Origin: Torpedo marmorata
Taxonomy: Eukaryota
Assembly: GCA_977017645.1 (NCBI GenBank)
Contig: OZ360222.1
Location: 187,488,001 to 187,552,000, forward strand
DNA length: 64,000 nt
Direction of reading: 5' to 3'
The translations under genes were made by a program, and so were the position numbers. The notes beneath the pieces are model-generated. The model worked only from the letters and a program-made list of their open reading frames with translations. It searched no databases and had not been told where the DNA came from. Below are positions 22,860-36,043 of the stretch, in pieces. The stretch's first letter is position 1. Each line of letters opens with the position of its first letter.

Positions 22860-24240
22860 ACAGATTTTTCAGATTTATTGTCAGAGTACATACAACCCTG
22901 AGGTTCTTTTTCCTGCGGGCGCGGCAGAATTACCACTAATTGGTAGTGAAAAAAAAACTGTACACATGTAAACAAATAAAGAAATGTAAACAACTGACTG
23001 TGCAATACAGAAGAAAAAAAAACAAAGTGTAAGAGTCCTGATTGGGTTTATTGTTGAGGGGGCAGCAGCTGTTCCTGAACCTGGTGGTACGAGTCTTGAC
23101 ACCTATACCTCTTTCCTGATGGTAGCAGCGAGAACAGAGCGTGTACTGGGTGGCGTGGATCCTTGATGATTGCTGCTGCTCTCCGACGGCAGCATTCCAC
23201 GTTGATGTTCTCGATGGTGGGGAGGGTTTTGCCTGCGATGACTGGGCTCTGTCCACTACCTTTTGCAGGGCTTTAAGCTCAGGGGTATTGGTGACCCATA
23301 CCAGACTGTGATGCAGCTGGTCAATACACTTGCCACCACGCATCTGTAGAAATTTGGCAGGGTTTCCGATGTCATAACAAACCTCCGCAAACTCCTGACG
23401 AAGTAGAGGCGCTGACGTACTTTCCTCATGATGCCATTAGTGTGTTGGGTCCACGAAAGATCCTCTGAAATAGTGACTCCCAAGAACGTAAATTTGCTCA
23501 CCCTCTCCACCTCTGATCCCCCAATGATCACTGGATCGTACACATCTGGTTTTCCCTTCCTGATGTCAACAATCAGCTCCATGGTTTTGGTGACATTGAG
23601 TGAAAGGTTGTTGCAGGTGCACCATTCGGCCAAGTTTTCAACCTACCACCTACAGGTGACTCGTCGCCCCTTTTTATACAACCCACTACCGTGGTATCGT
23701 CAGCAAATTTGTAGATGGTGTTGTTGTCGTAGCGAGTCAGTCATATGTGTAAAGTGAGTAGAGCAGGGGGCTAAGAACGCAGCCCTGTGGTGCTCCATTA
23801 CTGATGGAAATTGTGGAGATGTTCTTACCAATCCTCACTGATTGTGGTCTGGAGGTGAGGAAATCAAGGATCCAATTACACAGTGGGGTGTTGAGTCCCA
23901 AGTCATGGAGTTTGCTGATCAGTTTTGAGGGGATGATGGCGTTAAATGCCGAACTGTAGTCAATAAAGAGCATCTTGATGTATGCAGCTTTGCTGTCCAG
24001 GTGTTCCAGGGCTTTGTGTAGAGCCAGTGAGATGGCATCCACCATAGACCTGTCGCTATGGTAGGCGAATTGGAACATGTCGCCGCTCAGACAGGAGCTG
24101 ATATGCTTCAACACCAGCCTTTCAAAACACTATCACTATTGATGTAAGTGTCACTGGTCGATAGTCATTTAGGCAGGTTACCACACTCTTCTTGGGCAGC
24201 GGTACGATTGTCGCCTGTTTGAGACAGGTGGGTACCACGC
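22860..24240 (-). mobile_element. Rex1/Babar LINE, 5'-truncated
   Basis: QFAY...DAISLALH...[49 protein letters not shown] motifs. Confidence 0.9.
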
Positions 24241-25044
24241 CCTAAAGGGAAAGTCAAAGGAACATCTTGCTTCAGACCATATATTATCAACTAACGCTGG
24301 AAGTACCCCCATGTTATTTGGATAAGGTCAGGACATTTTAAACCATGTACATAACAAATTGATAATTTGTTCGAGCAACAGGAAGTGACTTGTTTGAGCA
24401 ACGGGAAGTGTCTTGTGCCCTCTTGAATGCCAAAAGGAGATAGCGATATAGCATAACAATTTGTGTGGAGAGGTTTCTGCAAGTTCAAACTATTTTAAAA
24501 CATTTAGTGGTGCTCAATCTATAGTGGGGATGCTCCACAAGTATTATTGAAGGCAAATGTTGTTCAAAAGAACAAACTATGGAGTTTTTACAGTTTCCAT
24601 CTTCACAATTGTGACCAATTATCAGATGTGACATATTATGAAATCCTGAAGTTAGAAAAGGTGTTATATCAATTGAAATTTAAATGAATTAAGATCAAAA
24701 GTAAATGTAGTGCAAGTGTATTTAAATCTCTTTTCTTGAATAAAATAATCACAGGATTTGAGAAATTGACAAATATCTTTATCTTTAAGTGAACTCAAGT
24801 TACTTGGCTGGTTTAATCATGGTCCATGTAACTCAGCTATTACATTCTTTATTCTGTCACTAGAGTATTTGGATTAACCTGTATGGTGTCTTGGTCACTT
24901 TTGAACTGAGCTTTGGTATCGCATCAACTGCTGAACTCAAGTTCAAGTTCACTTGTGAATAAAAACATTCCTCCATCATAATTCTGCACTGTGAAACGTT
25001 TACATTTTGAAGTTCATTTCAAACTTAACTTCAAAATCCATTTT

Positions 25045-25530
25045 TCAGATTTCAGATTTATAGTCAGAGTACATACATGACATCACATACAACCGAGATT
25101 CCTTTTTCCTGCTGGCGCGGCAGTATTGCCACTAATTGGTAGTGCAAAAAATAAACTGTAAACAAAGATAATGAAAGTAAACAAACTGACTGTGCAAAAC
25201 AGAGAGAAAAGAAAGTCAATAAAGTGCACAAGTAAGAGTCCTTAAATGAGTCCCTGATTGAGTTTGTCGTTGAGGAGTCTGATGGTAGAGGGGTAGCAGC
25301 TGTTCCTGAACCTGGTGGTGTGAGTCTTGTGGCACCTATACCTCTTTCCTGATGGCAGCAGCGAGAACAGAGCGTGTGCTGGGTGGTGTAGATCCTTGAT
25401 GATTGCTGCTGCTCTCCGGCAGCAGCGTTCCCTTTAGATGTATGTACTCAATAGTGGGGAGGGTTTTGCCTGTGATGTGCTGGGCAGTGTCCACTACCTT
25501 TTGGAGGGCTTTACGCTCAGGGGTATTATT
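25045..25530 (-). mobile_element. Rex1/Babar LINE 3' fragment
   Basis: Highly similar to 22860-23290; KALQKVVDTAQHITG. Confidence 0.85.
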
Positions 25531-26984
25531 AAGCAAATACTTAAAATTTCTAATCCTTTAAAGCTTAGTAAGAAATCCAAGGTCAGGATTTCCATTAAAC
25601 AAAATGTGAAGTTTTGAAGATTGCAACAACTCCATAGGAAGTCTGAAATACCCAATAATGAATAAACTCAAATGAGATTTCATTTAGTGTTTGTGTACAG
25701 TATTCATAATTTGCTCAGGCCCAAAATGTCGACTGCCGATTGCTTTCCATGGATGCTTTGTGACCTGCTAAGTTCCTCCAGCACTTTTGTGTAGTGCAAT
25801 AGAATCAGAGTAGTACCACACAGGAACAGGCCCTTCAACCCAACTTTTTCATGCCAGCCAAGTTGCCCAGCTAAACTTGTCCCACTTGCCTGCATTTGGC
25901 CCATATCCCTCTAAACCTTCCCGATCCATGTACATATCCTCCACTGCTGTGCACCGTGCTTGTGCGCGCATGAAGTTCAGACGCAACCCCCCCCACCCCC
26001 GTATGCGTTTCTTCCTCGGAGGCTCCGGTTCCCTCCCATGCCCCAACAAGGGGATGGGCAGCAACGTCGTTGAAGGTGACCTTTATTTCCAAATTTGGAG
26101 ATTGGCGGAGTAAGAGGTCGCTCCAGTATGACAGGAACCACAGGTGCAGAGGAGGATGAGTCACTTCCATCAAGACCCAAAACAAGGCAATTAATGCAAC
26201 ATCCAGTCCTGATATAGGGTCTTGTCCTGAAGCATCAACTATTCTTCTTCCCACAAGATACTGATTGACCTCCTCCAGCAGTTTGCTCCAGATTGCAGCA
26301 TATACAGTCCTACGTGTCTCTGCCAGACAACTAATGGACGGATGGTTACAAGTTTCCATCAAAACATTTGGCGACTGAGCTTGTAATGTCAACTTGGAAA
26401 CTTTAATAAAGGATTGTGTTGAATGTGAAGCTTAAGTTAACACAAAGTAAATGAATAACCGGAAACAGCACCATTACATCTATCGGGGAAACAACACAAG
26501 AGAACTGGGAGACACAGAAGTTATGATGACGATGATGTCCAAAACATTGCACAAGTTTGATGTGTGCCAAATGTGTCAGGACCAGCAGATGATATTCTAC
26601 TACAGAGTGTGTGATGGTGAGGGTATTCAGCATCCAGTCTCCACCAGAAGACTGGCAGTTTGCTGAGAAGGTTGTTCTTGACTTTAACTTTGCTACTATC
26701 TTACACAGGTGACTTGTGTACCTTGGTAATCAAAGACAATGCCCCTTCATCATGTTTCGTTTCCTCCAGATACTGGCATGACAGAGGTGGACTATGCTAT
26801 AAAGCTTCTTGCTGGCTCTGGATTTCATACACCATGCTTTGAAGTAATTGGCCAATTCTGTACCTTTCTCACCCAATCTTCTCCAACTCTGAGAAAGTTG
26901 CAGTCTGCAAGTCATAGTTATTATCAGCATTTGTAGTGATTGGACTTCATCAAGAAACTGAATAAAACATTCAATGTGGCATTG

Positions 26985-27492
26985 GAGTTTGAGGAGATTT
27001 GATATGTCACCAAAGACTCGAAAATTTCTACAAATGTACAATGGAGAGCATTGTGTTTGGTTGCATCACTGTCTGGTATGAAGGTGCCAATGCACAGGAC
27101 AGGAAAAAACTCCAGAGTTGTTAACTCGGCCAGCGCCATCATGGGCATCAGTCTTCACTCCATCGAGGACATCTACAAGAGGCAGTGTCTTTAGAAAGCA
27201 GCCTCTATCCTCAAGGAGCCCCCCACCACCCAGGCCATGCCCTCTTCACATGCTACCATCAGGGAAAAGGTGCAGGAGCCTGAAGATGAGCATCCAGTGG
27301 CACAAGCACAGCTTCGTCCCCTCTGCCATCAGATTTCTGAATGGACAATGAACCACAGACACTACCTCACTTTCTCCTATTTTCTTGCACTATTTATTTA
27401 TTTTTGAAATGTAATTCATAGCAATATTTGCACTGAAATGCTGCCGCAAAACAACGAATTTCGTAACATGCCCATGACAATAAATTCTGATT
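26985..27492 (+). mobile_element. Rex1/Babar LINE 3' fragment
   Basis: LPSGKRCRSL...SAIRFLN, ending gacaataaattctga. Confidence 0.75.
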
Positions 27493-27739
27493 AACTCAGG
27501 CTCCTGTACTCTACATTGGATCCCACATAGGAAGGCACACAGAGGTAATACATTGGATGAGCATGACAAAACTTGCAACATCACAAAAGTTAGCAGACTT
27601 CAACATGACCACAACTGTAAGGGACATGAAGTTATAAGTCTGGCTCTGCTATTTGTTTATTATTGGTTGACGAGCTGAGCTGATCATTGGATAGAAACTC
27701 ACAGAAATGAGACACAAGCTAATGAATGATTTGAAGAAA

Positions 27740-29693
27740 CAACAATTTCCAGGCATTGTTTATTGAAAACACCAAGGTGATAATTTTACAAACCTGGTTT
27801 AACAACCTTTCTAGTTGCTGCAGGGTATTAGTGGAATTAAACATGATACATTCGGTCTCTGTAGCATAGTTCTAAGAAAGCATAAGTCATTGTTAAGTGT
27901 AATTTATATTACAGTGTAATGCAATGCAATATCCACTGGTATAAACTACAGTTATGCTAAGAGTAATATATATATTATATATTTTTATAAAAACACTTTA
28001 TCTCTTTCTACCATGAAAAGTTTAAGGCACATGATCGTACAAACACATTTGCCACTATTAACCAGAAGTTTCCAGAAATCCAAACAGTAATATCTACAAC
28101 CAGAATGGCAGACCTTGCTTACTGATTCTTCAAAGCAAACACCTGCAGCACATACTACACAAAAAAAAAATTAAAGGTCAAACTGCTCTTATAAATGTAA
28201 TTAAGAGACCCTTCTCCATTTTCCAACCCTTTGGTAACAAAAGAGAATTAACAGCGAACGTCATGTCAACACCATACAGACACTGTTTTGGCAAATGACA
28301 TATTCCAGTTCATCCATCAGGGAATTTCTCAAACAAACTTCAAAATTATCATCCCTTCCCAAATAAAAACCCCACACTTCTGCTTCAAAATGGCATTGCA
28401 AAGTCAAGCCAACCACTATTGTTAAGACATGATGGATACATACTGTGCATACCAGTTATTATGAATGCAAAGTAACATCAACTCTTCTTGAAGAACAGTT
28501 GATGTTTAACATGTGTGCTTTCCAGTGATTTGGATTGAAAATTCACAGTTTAAAACTCAGCTGCAATTAGTAAAAATCAACTGGAATTTCACAATAATAT
28601 TTTTGGAGTAAAAAGACATATTACAGTTCAAAATACATACACAAATGTAATTGCACTGGAACAGCACCTTTAATTCTTGGATCTATTTTGTGGGTATGGT
28701 GGTTGGGCAGGGGGTACAAAGTGACCTTTCTGCCGCTGTGTTTACACAGGTCTAGTCTGACACCAATGCCATTAGTGTCCTGCTGGTTTTGAACTTACAA
28801 AAGTGGGTCATAAATCATAGATCAAATCATAGATCATCCCAATAACATTGAGGGTTTATGCACATTTCCACAAGCAGCAAAAACCCCAAATTGACAGGGT
28901 ACATTCACAAAATGGAGAAAATGGACAAATGCCACTCGGTGTTAACATTTCCAAAAATTGGCACGATTCTGTCCCAGTCAATTGAAATATTTGTACTTTC
29001 CATATGGATCATGTAACATCTCAATTATAATTGTATATATACACACTGATTCATAAACCTAGCGGTACAAGTAAAGTTCGGTAATTCAGGTGATTAATTT
29101 CAAAGCCTTCCTGTCTCACATAGCAAACTCCTTCCTTCGACTTCTTTTCTTCAATTCTTCCAGCAGCTGCCTCTTCCTCAAATTCACTTAGAATAAAATG
29201 CCATGATAAAATTAACACAAATTTAAACTTGATTTTCACAATTCAAAATCCAAGTTCTAGCAAAGCTATGGTAAATGGTTTCAATTGTGGAAAAGCTATT
29301 CTGAATCCAGTTCTGAAAAGCATAAAATAGTTTTTTTTTTTTTTTTAAAAAGAAACACCCTCTTGTCTTCCCTTCACTTCACCATACCACATTCTCTCAT
29401 CATCTTTCACTCTACCTTCTGGAAGATTAATGGAGCCAACCAGACTAAAAGCTCATCTGTGGCTCAGGGTTGCTACATTGGGAGACTGGTTTGCATCTTC
29501 TGATTCCCCACTCCACCCCAACCCCTTTATATCCCTGGAAATGTGGAGCATTTTACAACTGGAACATTAGGACTTGTTGGCTCCTCTGTCAATTTAGTTG
29601 ATAGCTTCAATGAGATGAAGTCTTCCAAATCTAATGGCAATGGTGAACAATGAGATCATCGGTATAATGCTCCATAATTGCTGCTGTTCATGC
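27740..29693 (-). other. ARVCF: Probable ARVCF terminal 3'UTR exon
   Basis: Donor ATG|gtaggt lies 11 nt after the stop (35930). Strong acceptor cttgtttcttccag| at 29694. Then ~2 kb of AT-rich sequence with no repeats I could recognise, ending at minus-strand AATAAA (27764-27759). Confidence 0.5.
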
Positions 29694-30909
29694 CTGGAAG
29701 AAACAAGTTTGGAAGATAAACAAGTTACACGATATGGAAAATAGATAATTATTTCAAGTTACATCTGCTCCTGTTGTCACTGGACACTTTACTGGACTCA
29801 ATGCCACTAGTTTTGCGTGAATTTCTTTGCTAAAAGTTATTTTATTAACCAGAAAAAGAGCCTTCCTTCCAAAATAATTAATCAGTCCAGCAGAAAGCAG
29901 TTTTCCAGTTCAAGATAATTTCCCAGCCTGTAATATTAAGAGGGCATCCCAGTTTATTGTGTGAATTTTAAGATCACTGAAACTCAAAATGGAGTAATCC
30001 CAACATCATAACGCTGTCAAGTCCCAACATTTACTGACCAACATGCTAACAATTTTGCTCAAAATTCTGCATAACTTTTCTGGTATAACCTTTGTGTTTC
30101 CTACTCACACCAGGGAAAATAGCACAACAGTGGCCAAACAGAGAGAGTTGCATATCTGAACAGAACTGAGATAATCTGTTTCTTCAACAATGAAGTGTGT
30201 AGCAAATGGGACAGGATCAATTTTCTTTTTGGCAAAATATCCAACCAACATTAGCAGTCCCAAGGACTCTGGCTAATAATTAAGCTGCTTGTGGGTATCA
30301 TTAGCACAATTCAATGTAAATGGGATAAACCAGGCAATATCATATGATCAAATTACCTACCATTTAAAAACTGGCAAGGATTTGTTAAATGGATAACACA
30401 TCTGGCCAGTTCAATGTGTTATCCATAAAGTGAATGCATGAGGAAGGTGGATATTGAAAAGGTATTTGATGAAATGTGTTTAATTGGTAGCTTGCTGTTA
30501 AGAACATGGATCAACAGGAGAGGCAGAAACAGGATAGAAAGCTGGATTAGCGAACGATTAGAAGGACAAAAATGTGAGCATGAGAGCAGAACAGTCCTTG
30601 TAGAATGGAAAAATGAGTAGTGAGCAGGAATGGATCCAATAAGACAATTTTTTTTTAAGTGCAAATGTAAGTAAGATAAAGCTTTAAAGGCCTTAGATTT
30701 TTATATTTTTATTAACTAAATTATGACAAAAAACAGAGAAACTGAATATGTGCAAGCCAAAAGTTAGCGTAGAGTCAAGCCCCATGAAGGACACAACAAA
30801 GTTCCCCTGGGATGAGTGGTAAACATTTGTGAGGAGAGACAAGAATAACTCGACACGGAGATCAAAAGCAGATTCAGCCGAGACTTGTAAAAGATATTTT
30901 GAAAAGGAA

Positions 30910-31330
30910 AAACCTCTATTTCGCTCAAGTTAATACCACCCTCCAACCTGATGGTATTAACAGCGACTTCTCCAATTTCCATTAGCATCTCCCCAATCTT
31001 TTCCATGTCTCCTTTCCTCTAGCTCTGTCTCTCTTTCTCTTCTCTTTTCCCCCTGTCTCCCTTCAGAGCCAAAAAACTACCCCCTATCAATTCTCACCTT
31101 TCCTCTCCTGTCCTCTAATCGTATCCAATTAACACCTTTTGTCTGTTGGTCTGAACTCCTCCCCCTCTCATTCTTCCCTTTTCACCAGCTTTTTAATATA
31201 GGCCCTTGCCTGCTTTTTGCTCACACCTTGAGGAAGGGATTCAGGCCCAAAACGTCAGTAATACATCTTTACCTCCTATGGACACTGCGAGAACTGCTGA
31301 GTTCCTCCAGCATTTCTGTATTTTTACTTA
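30910..31330 (+). mobile_element. Penelope-like element 3' fragment
   Basis: LQPDGINSDFSNF remnant, pyrimidine tract, degenerate hammerhead-like motif, tgctgagttcctccagca terminus. Confidence 0.7.
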
Positions 31331-32149
31331 AAACAAGCATGCAGACTTGAAGCAAAGATCAGTCCTTTCTCGAGTTTTGCAATACAAACACCCACTGCTG
31401 GAATGGTCCAGCAAAAATAACATTTCCTCAAAATAGATGATAAAAGTAAAGATATTTAAAACTCATTTTATGACCTACAGAAGCAATTTAGAAGTAATTG
31501 CATTTTTAAAATCAATATGTCTTGATAATCAGTGGCATTTGCAAATCAAGGAAAGAGACGAGTGACAAAGCTAATAGTTAAACAGTAAATAATGGTTCAA
31601 GTTGTGAACATGCAAACAGTGAAAAGTTGTTCACATTAAACTACCGGTAATTAGAAAATGATTTAGAATCAGATAACAGCAATTTAAAATTGGCAATAAT
31701 TCAGGCTGATAATTCAATAAATATTGGATTGCTGCACTCAGAAGCGCTGGTGTTCGGATGAGTTGTTATTAGGCCCAAATCTTGAGGGCAGATGGACACA
31801 AAAGATCCCCTGGTATTGCTGAAGGTGTAGCTTCCCTAAACTATTGAGCACAGTTATACTGGCTATTCAGTAGATTTTGTTTGAGTGAACTTGTGCATGA
31901 ATGTCCATTATAAGGAGCAAAATAAACATATTTTGCTTTACAACAATGCATACAAATTAAAGAGGCTGTTGAAACTGACCACTGGAGTTAAGATTCAGGC
32001 CTTTTGCTTTTGGAGTTAAGAAGGAAAATCTGCAGATGCTGGGGTTGAATACAATAAACAAAAGTTATTCCAAGTTTCTCCAGCACTTTTGTGGAGTGCA
32101 CGAGAACCCAGCATCTGCAGACTTCTTATCTACCTCCCTTTAATCGCAA

Positions 32150-32822
32150 AAGGATAGTTGGCTGGTGCAACAGGTATTCAAGAAGGCAAGTGGGATGTTG
32201 GCCTTCATTGCTCAAGGGATCGAATTTAAGAAAAGGGAAGTTCTGCTGCAACTGCACAGGGTACTGGTGAGGCCACACCTTGAGTACTGCATGCAGTTCT
32301 GGTCTCTTTATGTGAGAGAAGGTATACTACCTTTGGAGTCGGTGCGGAGGAGGTTCAACCAGTTGATTCCAGAGATGAGGGGGTTGGCCCATGAGGAGAT
32401 TGAGTCACCTGGGACTATACTTGCTGGAATTCAGAAGAATGAGAGGGAATCTCATTTAAATATATAAAATTATGCAAGGGAGAGATAAAATAGAGACAGC
32501 AATGCTGTTTCCACTGGTAAGTGAGACTAGAACTAGGGGACATAGCCTCAAGATGGAGGGAAGTAGATTAGGATGGAGAGGAGTAGGAACTGCTTTCCAC
32601 AGACAGTAGTGAATCTGTGGAATTCTCTGCCCAAGGAAGCAGTCGAGGCTGACTCATTGTACATAGACAAAACACACATATTTTTGCATAGTAGGGGAAT
32701 TAAGGGTGATGGGGAAAAAGGAGCGAGGTGGAGCTGAGTCCATGGCCAGATCAGCCATAATCTTATTGAATGGCAGAGCAGGTACGACAGGCTGACCCCT
32801 GCCCCTATTTCTTATGTTCTTG
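32150..32822 (+). mobile_element. CR1 LINE 3' fragment
   Basis: KKASGMLAFIAQGIEFK...[14 protein letters not shown]; tail cctatttcttatgttctt. Confidence 0.9.
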
Positions 32823-33906
32823 TTGTTGTCTCACCAAGGTGTGACAATATTAGATATCAGTTGGGAAAGTGGAGAAGGAGAAACACATCAGGTAAAAATA
32901 TCCTCAACAGGCCTAAACTATACTTGCAAATTTGTGTCAACTATGTGCATGGGAAAAATACACGTTAAGACATAACCAAATGAACAGAGTGTTCATTATC
33001 TGTGATGAACCAGAAAGTAAGTGAGGTGACTGCTTCACTGGCTCTGCAGGAGAACATGCCACACCATCTGCAACTTTATTGATTCTTCAGTAAAGTTTAT
33101 ATTTCATTAACATCAAAATTAAGTACAGCATCTAAACTAGAACCATACTAGTCTGGAGTCAGAGCAATTGAGGAGTAAACTTTGATTGACAAGTGGCAAA
33201 GGGACATTGGACATGAACCAGAGAAAAAGTGGGTGAGAAGAGCTCTCAGCCAGTTTGGCAGCACTGCAAAATAAACACTCAGAGTAGTGGATTTTGTTGA
33301 CTCGTTTGGTGTCACATGCAAACCTTTAAACCAAGACACTAATATCAAAACTAGTTAACTGGATAGTTGCCCAAATTTGTATGAAAAACCAACTTCATTG
33401 CCAAGTTTGCCCATATTATAGGCACAACACTTGAAAAAGCAGATAATTTAAATTAAGACTGTTAACAGTTAATTCCCAATATTCTTTGATAAAAAGTATC
33501 CTCATTGCAGCAAGCAAATTCCTGAAAATATTTTGTTGAACTCATCTAATAGAAACCACACTGAACAATTACAACTTCTCAGAAGTCTCCAGCACATCTG
33601 AGGTTAAGTGGCTTGACTGACTGTGCCCTGGCCACTGACACAATGAGGACATGACTTGCAACTGGAATTGTAAAGAATAAGTGTGCAATTACAAAGCCGC
33701 TAAACTGAGATTGATACGGTTGTGACGGGGAACCTATGGATAGTTGTGGACAGAGTAGAACAAGATTGCATGCTGGCAATCCCCAGCACTTGATCCAACT
33801 CAGGTCTTCTTAAAAAAAACAACAGCCTGCTGGAGGAAATCAGTGGGTTGAGCAGCATCAGTGGGAAGTGATGGAGAAAAACAACAATGTTCTGGCCCAA
33901 GAACGT

Positions 33907-34124
33907 GGGCGGCACAATTGGCGTAGCGGTTAGCACAACACTGTTACAGCGCCAGCGATCGGGACCAGCGGTTGGAATCCTGCACTGTCTGTAAGGAGTT
34001 TGTACGTTCTCCCGTGTCTGTGTGGGTTTTCCCCGGGGACTCTGGTTTCCTCCCACCATCCAAAACGTACCAGGGTTGAAGGTCAATTGGGTGTAATTGG
34101 GCGGCATGGGCTCGTGGGCCGAAT
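33907..34124 (+). mobile_element. V-type SINE
   Basis: gggcggcacaattggcgtagcggttagc head; core gggttttcccc...ctggtttcctccca. Confidence 0.8.
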
Positions 34125-35941
34125 GTCTAAATCTAACACGCTGGGATCGAGTGCAATACACAAATGTGCTGGAGAAACTCAGCAGGCCACGCAGCATCTA
34201 TAGGATGGAAGGTATACCTTGACAAAGGGGTCAGGCCCAAAACATTGGTTACCCTTAACTTCCCATAGATTGTTTTTAGTTCCATATTCCAGCAACTGTA
34301 GTTTCTCATGTCCCATCAGTTCTTCAATATGACCCAAGACAGAAGAGCTTCATAGTGACTCAGGATACATCTTTGAACAAAGTAATGAAAAGTTTGGACA
34401 GTTGATGCCACCTTGCTCAAGTGTCAGAAACTGCTTAAAATTAGATCAACATATGGCACCAAGGAAGCTTACAGTGAGTCCTTCTGGGCTGCATGGTTCA
34501 CTACCAGCCTTGGCAAGACATCAGGAAGACAATTGCCATCACTCCAAGTTGTACATGCTACATCTACAGGGTGCTTGAGTGACAGGCAACTGATGCACTT
34601 GCTGTTAACATCATCCAACAAAACAGGGGCAAAGTCTTAGATGGCACCTGGGACTGATCGGCCGTAAAACCCAGAGGGGAAAAGCAGAGAAATTATTGGA
34701 CTACCTTTCACGAGTTGCGTGATGGACACTGCCAATGAAGGTGGGATTAAACAGCACCAAATCAGCATCACAGTACTACCAGCAGCCAATGTAAAGAATG
34801 TGCTGTGAGACATGCTGGAGCCACACAGTGACCAAAGATGCACATTTCCATGGCACAACCAACACAGATCTCGGACAAGAATTATGATGCAAATTCAATT
34901 TAAAGAAAATTACCCTCCAAAAGCCAGAAACAGGATTCAGACCAAGTTTTGAAACAGATTTTTTTTTTTTGCTCTAGAACTTTCAATTTCTTAAAATCCT
35001 GAATGTAGGGGGTCATCTTATGGCATAAAATAGTGTATAAAAAAAGGAAGTTTCTGAAGCCTGCTGTAATTTGGCTAGAAATGGAATGTTTCCCAGCAGT
35101 ACATTTAGGCACTGATGCGACGAGGCAGAACGTTTCTGTGGTTATTTGAAGCTGCTGAAAGAATAGTTGAAATGTCACAAAAACTCCAGTGTACTTTGCA
35201 GCTTGAAGTTTCATGGGTGAAGGATTGTCCTGATTGGTTATTTCAAATTGTAAAAGGCCCTGTAGTGCAAGGTTTAATAAAAGCTACAAAACAAACCATT
35301 TTAGAATAGAAGTAGGCTGTGCAGCACTTTGAGAACATTCACTAAGAACACAAGTGCTCTGATTCAGATTTTCATCCTGCAAATCGGTGATCTTTTATGT
35401 CCAAACACGTGATGTACTTCATTCAATTATTCCTCTTTAAGTGTGTGTGAGCAAAGTAGCCCTTGCACCCTGGGGGAACTCAAACAATGACAAACAGATC
35501 ACTTCTGATTTAAAGTCGGACCAAGGGGAGCAGCATTAGGCCACTTGGCCCATCAAGACTGCTCTGCTGTTCAAATCCTGGCTGATGAACACACAAAAAC
35601 TCTGCTTCCCATCGCAGCCATGGATTCATTACTTGCCCCTGGATAAAAAGAACTAACCTCAAATCTTAGTGAATAGATTTTTCTGATGTGAGAAACACAA
35701 AATTAAAATGGATGATTTATATAAAATAACAAGCTTCTTGAAAGATTTAACTATTTGCAACAGTGTCCTTCCATTTCTGAATGAAGTGACAATACAAGGA
35801 AACAACTCCAGTGCAAAATTGTCACTGATTTCGAAACCAGTTACATGATTTACAATTTTACTCCAATGTGATTGGAAGCTATCATGTGACAAGACTACAA
35901 ATCAGGTGATTGCAACCCAAAGACACCTACCATGCATGCAC

Positions 35942-36043
35942 TTAGACCCAGGAGTCAACGGGCTGTGGTTTAGTGTCATGAGCATCCACAAGATTCACTG
36001 AGGCCCTATTAATCCTGTTAATGTTTCTCTTATTTGTATCATT
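35942..36043 (-). CDS. ARVCF: ARVCF last coding exon with PDZ-binding motif
   Basis: tttccctgttgccacag|AAT. Translates [33 protein letters not shown], then TAA. Confidence 0.93.
   Translation of the reverse strand, partial: NDTNKRNINRINRASVNLVDAHDTKPQPVDSWV

Noticed and set aside
22304-22939. 211-aa ORF
   Set aside because: No recognisable domain, non-ATG start, and the 3' end runs into a LINE tail.
33907-33990. tRNA gene (also considered at 53287 and 6500)
   Set aside because: These are tRNA-derived SINE heads continuing into SINE body; no complete cloverleaf.
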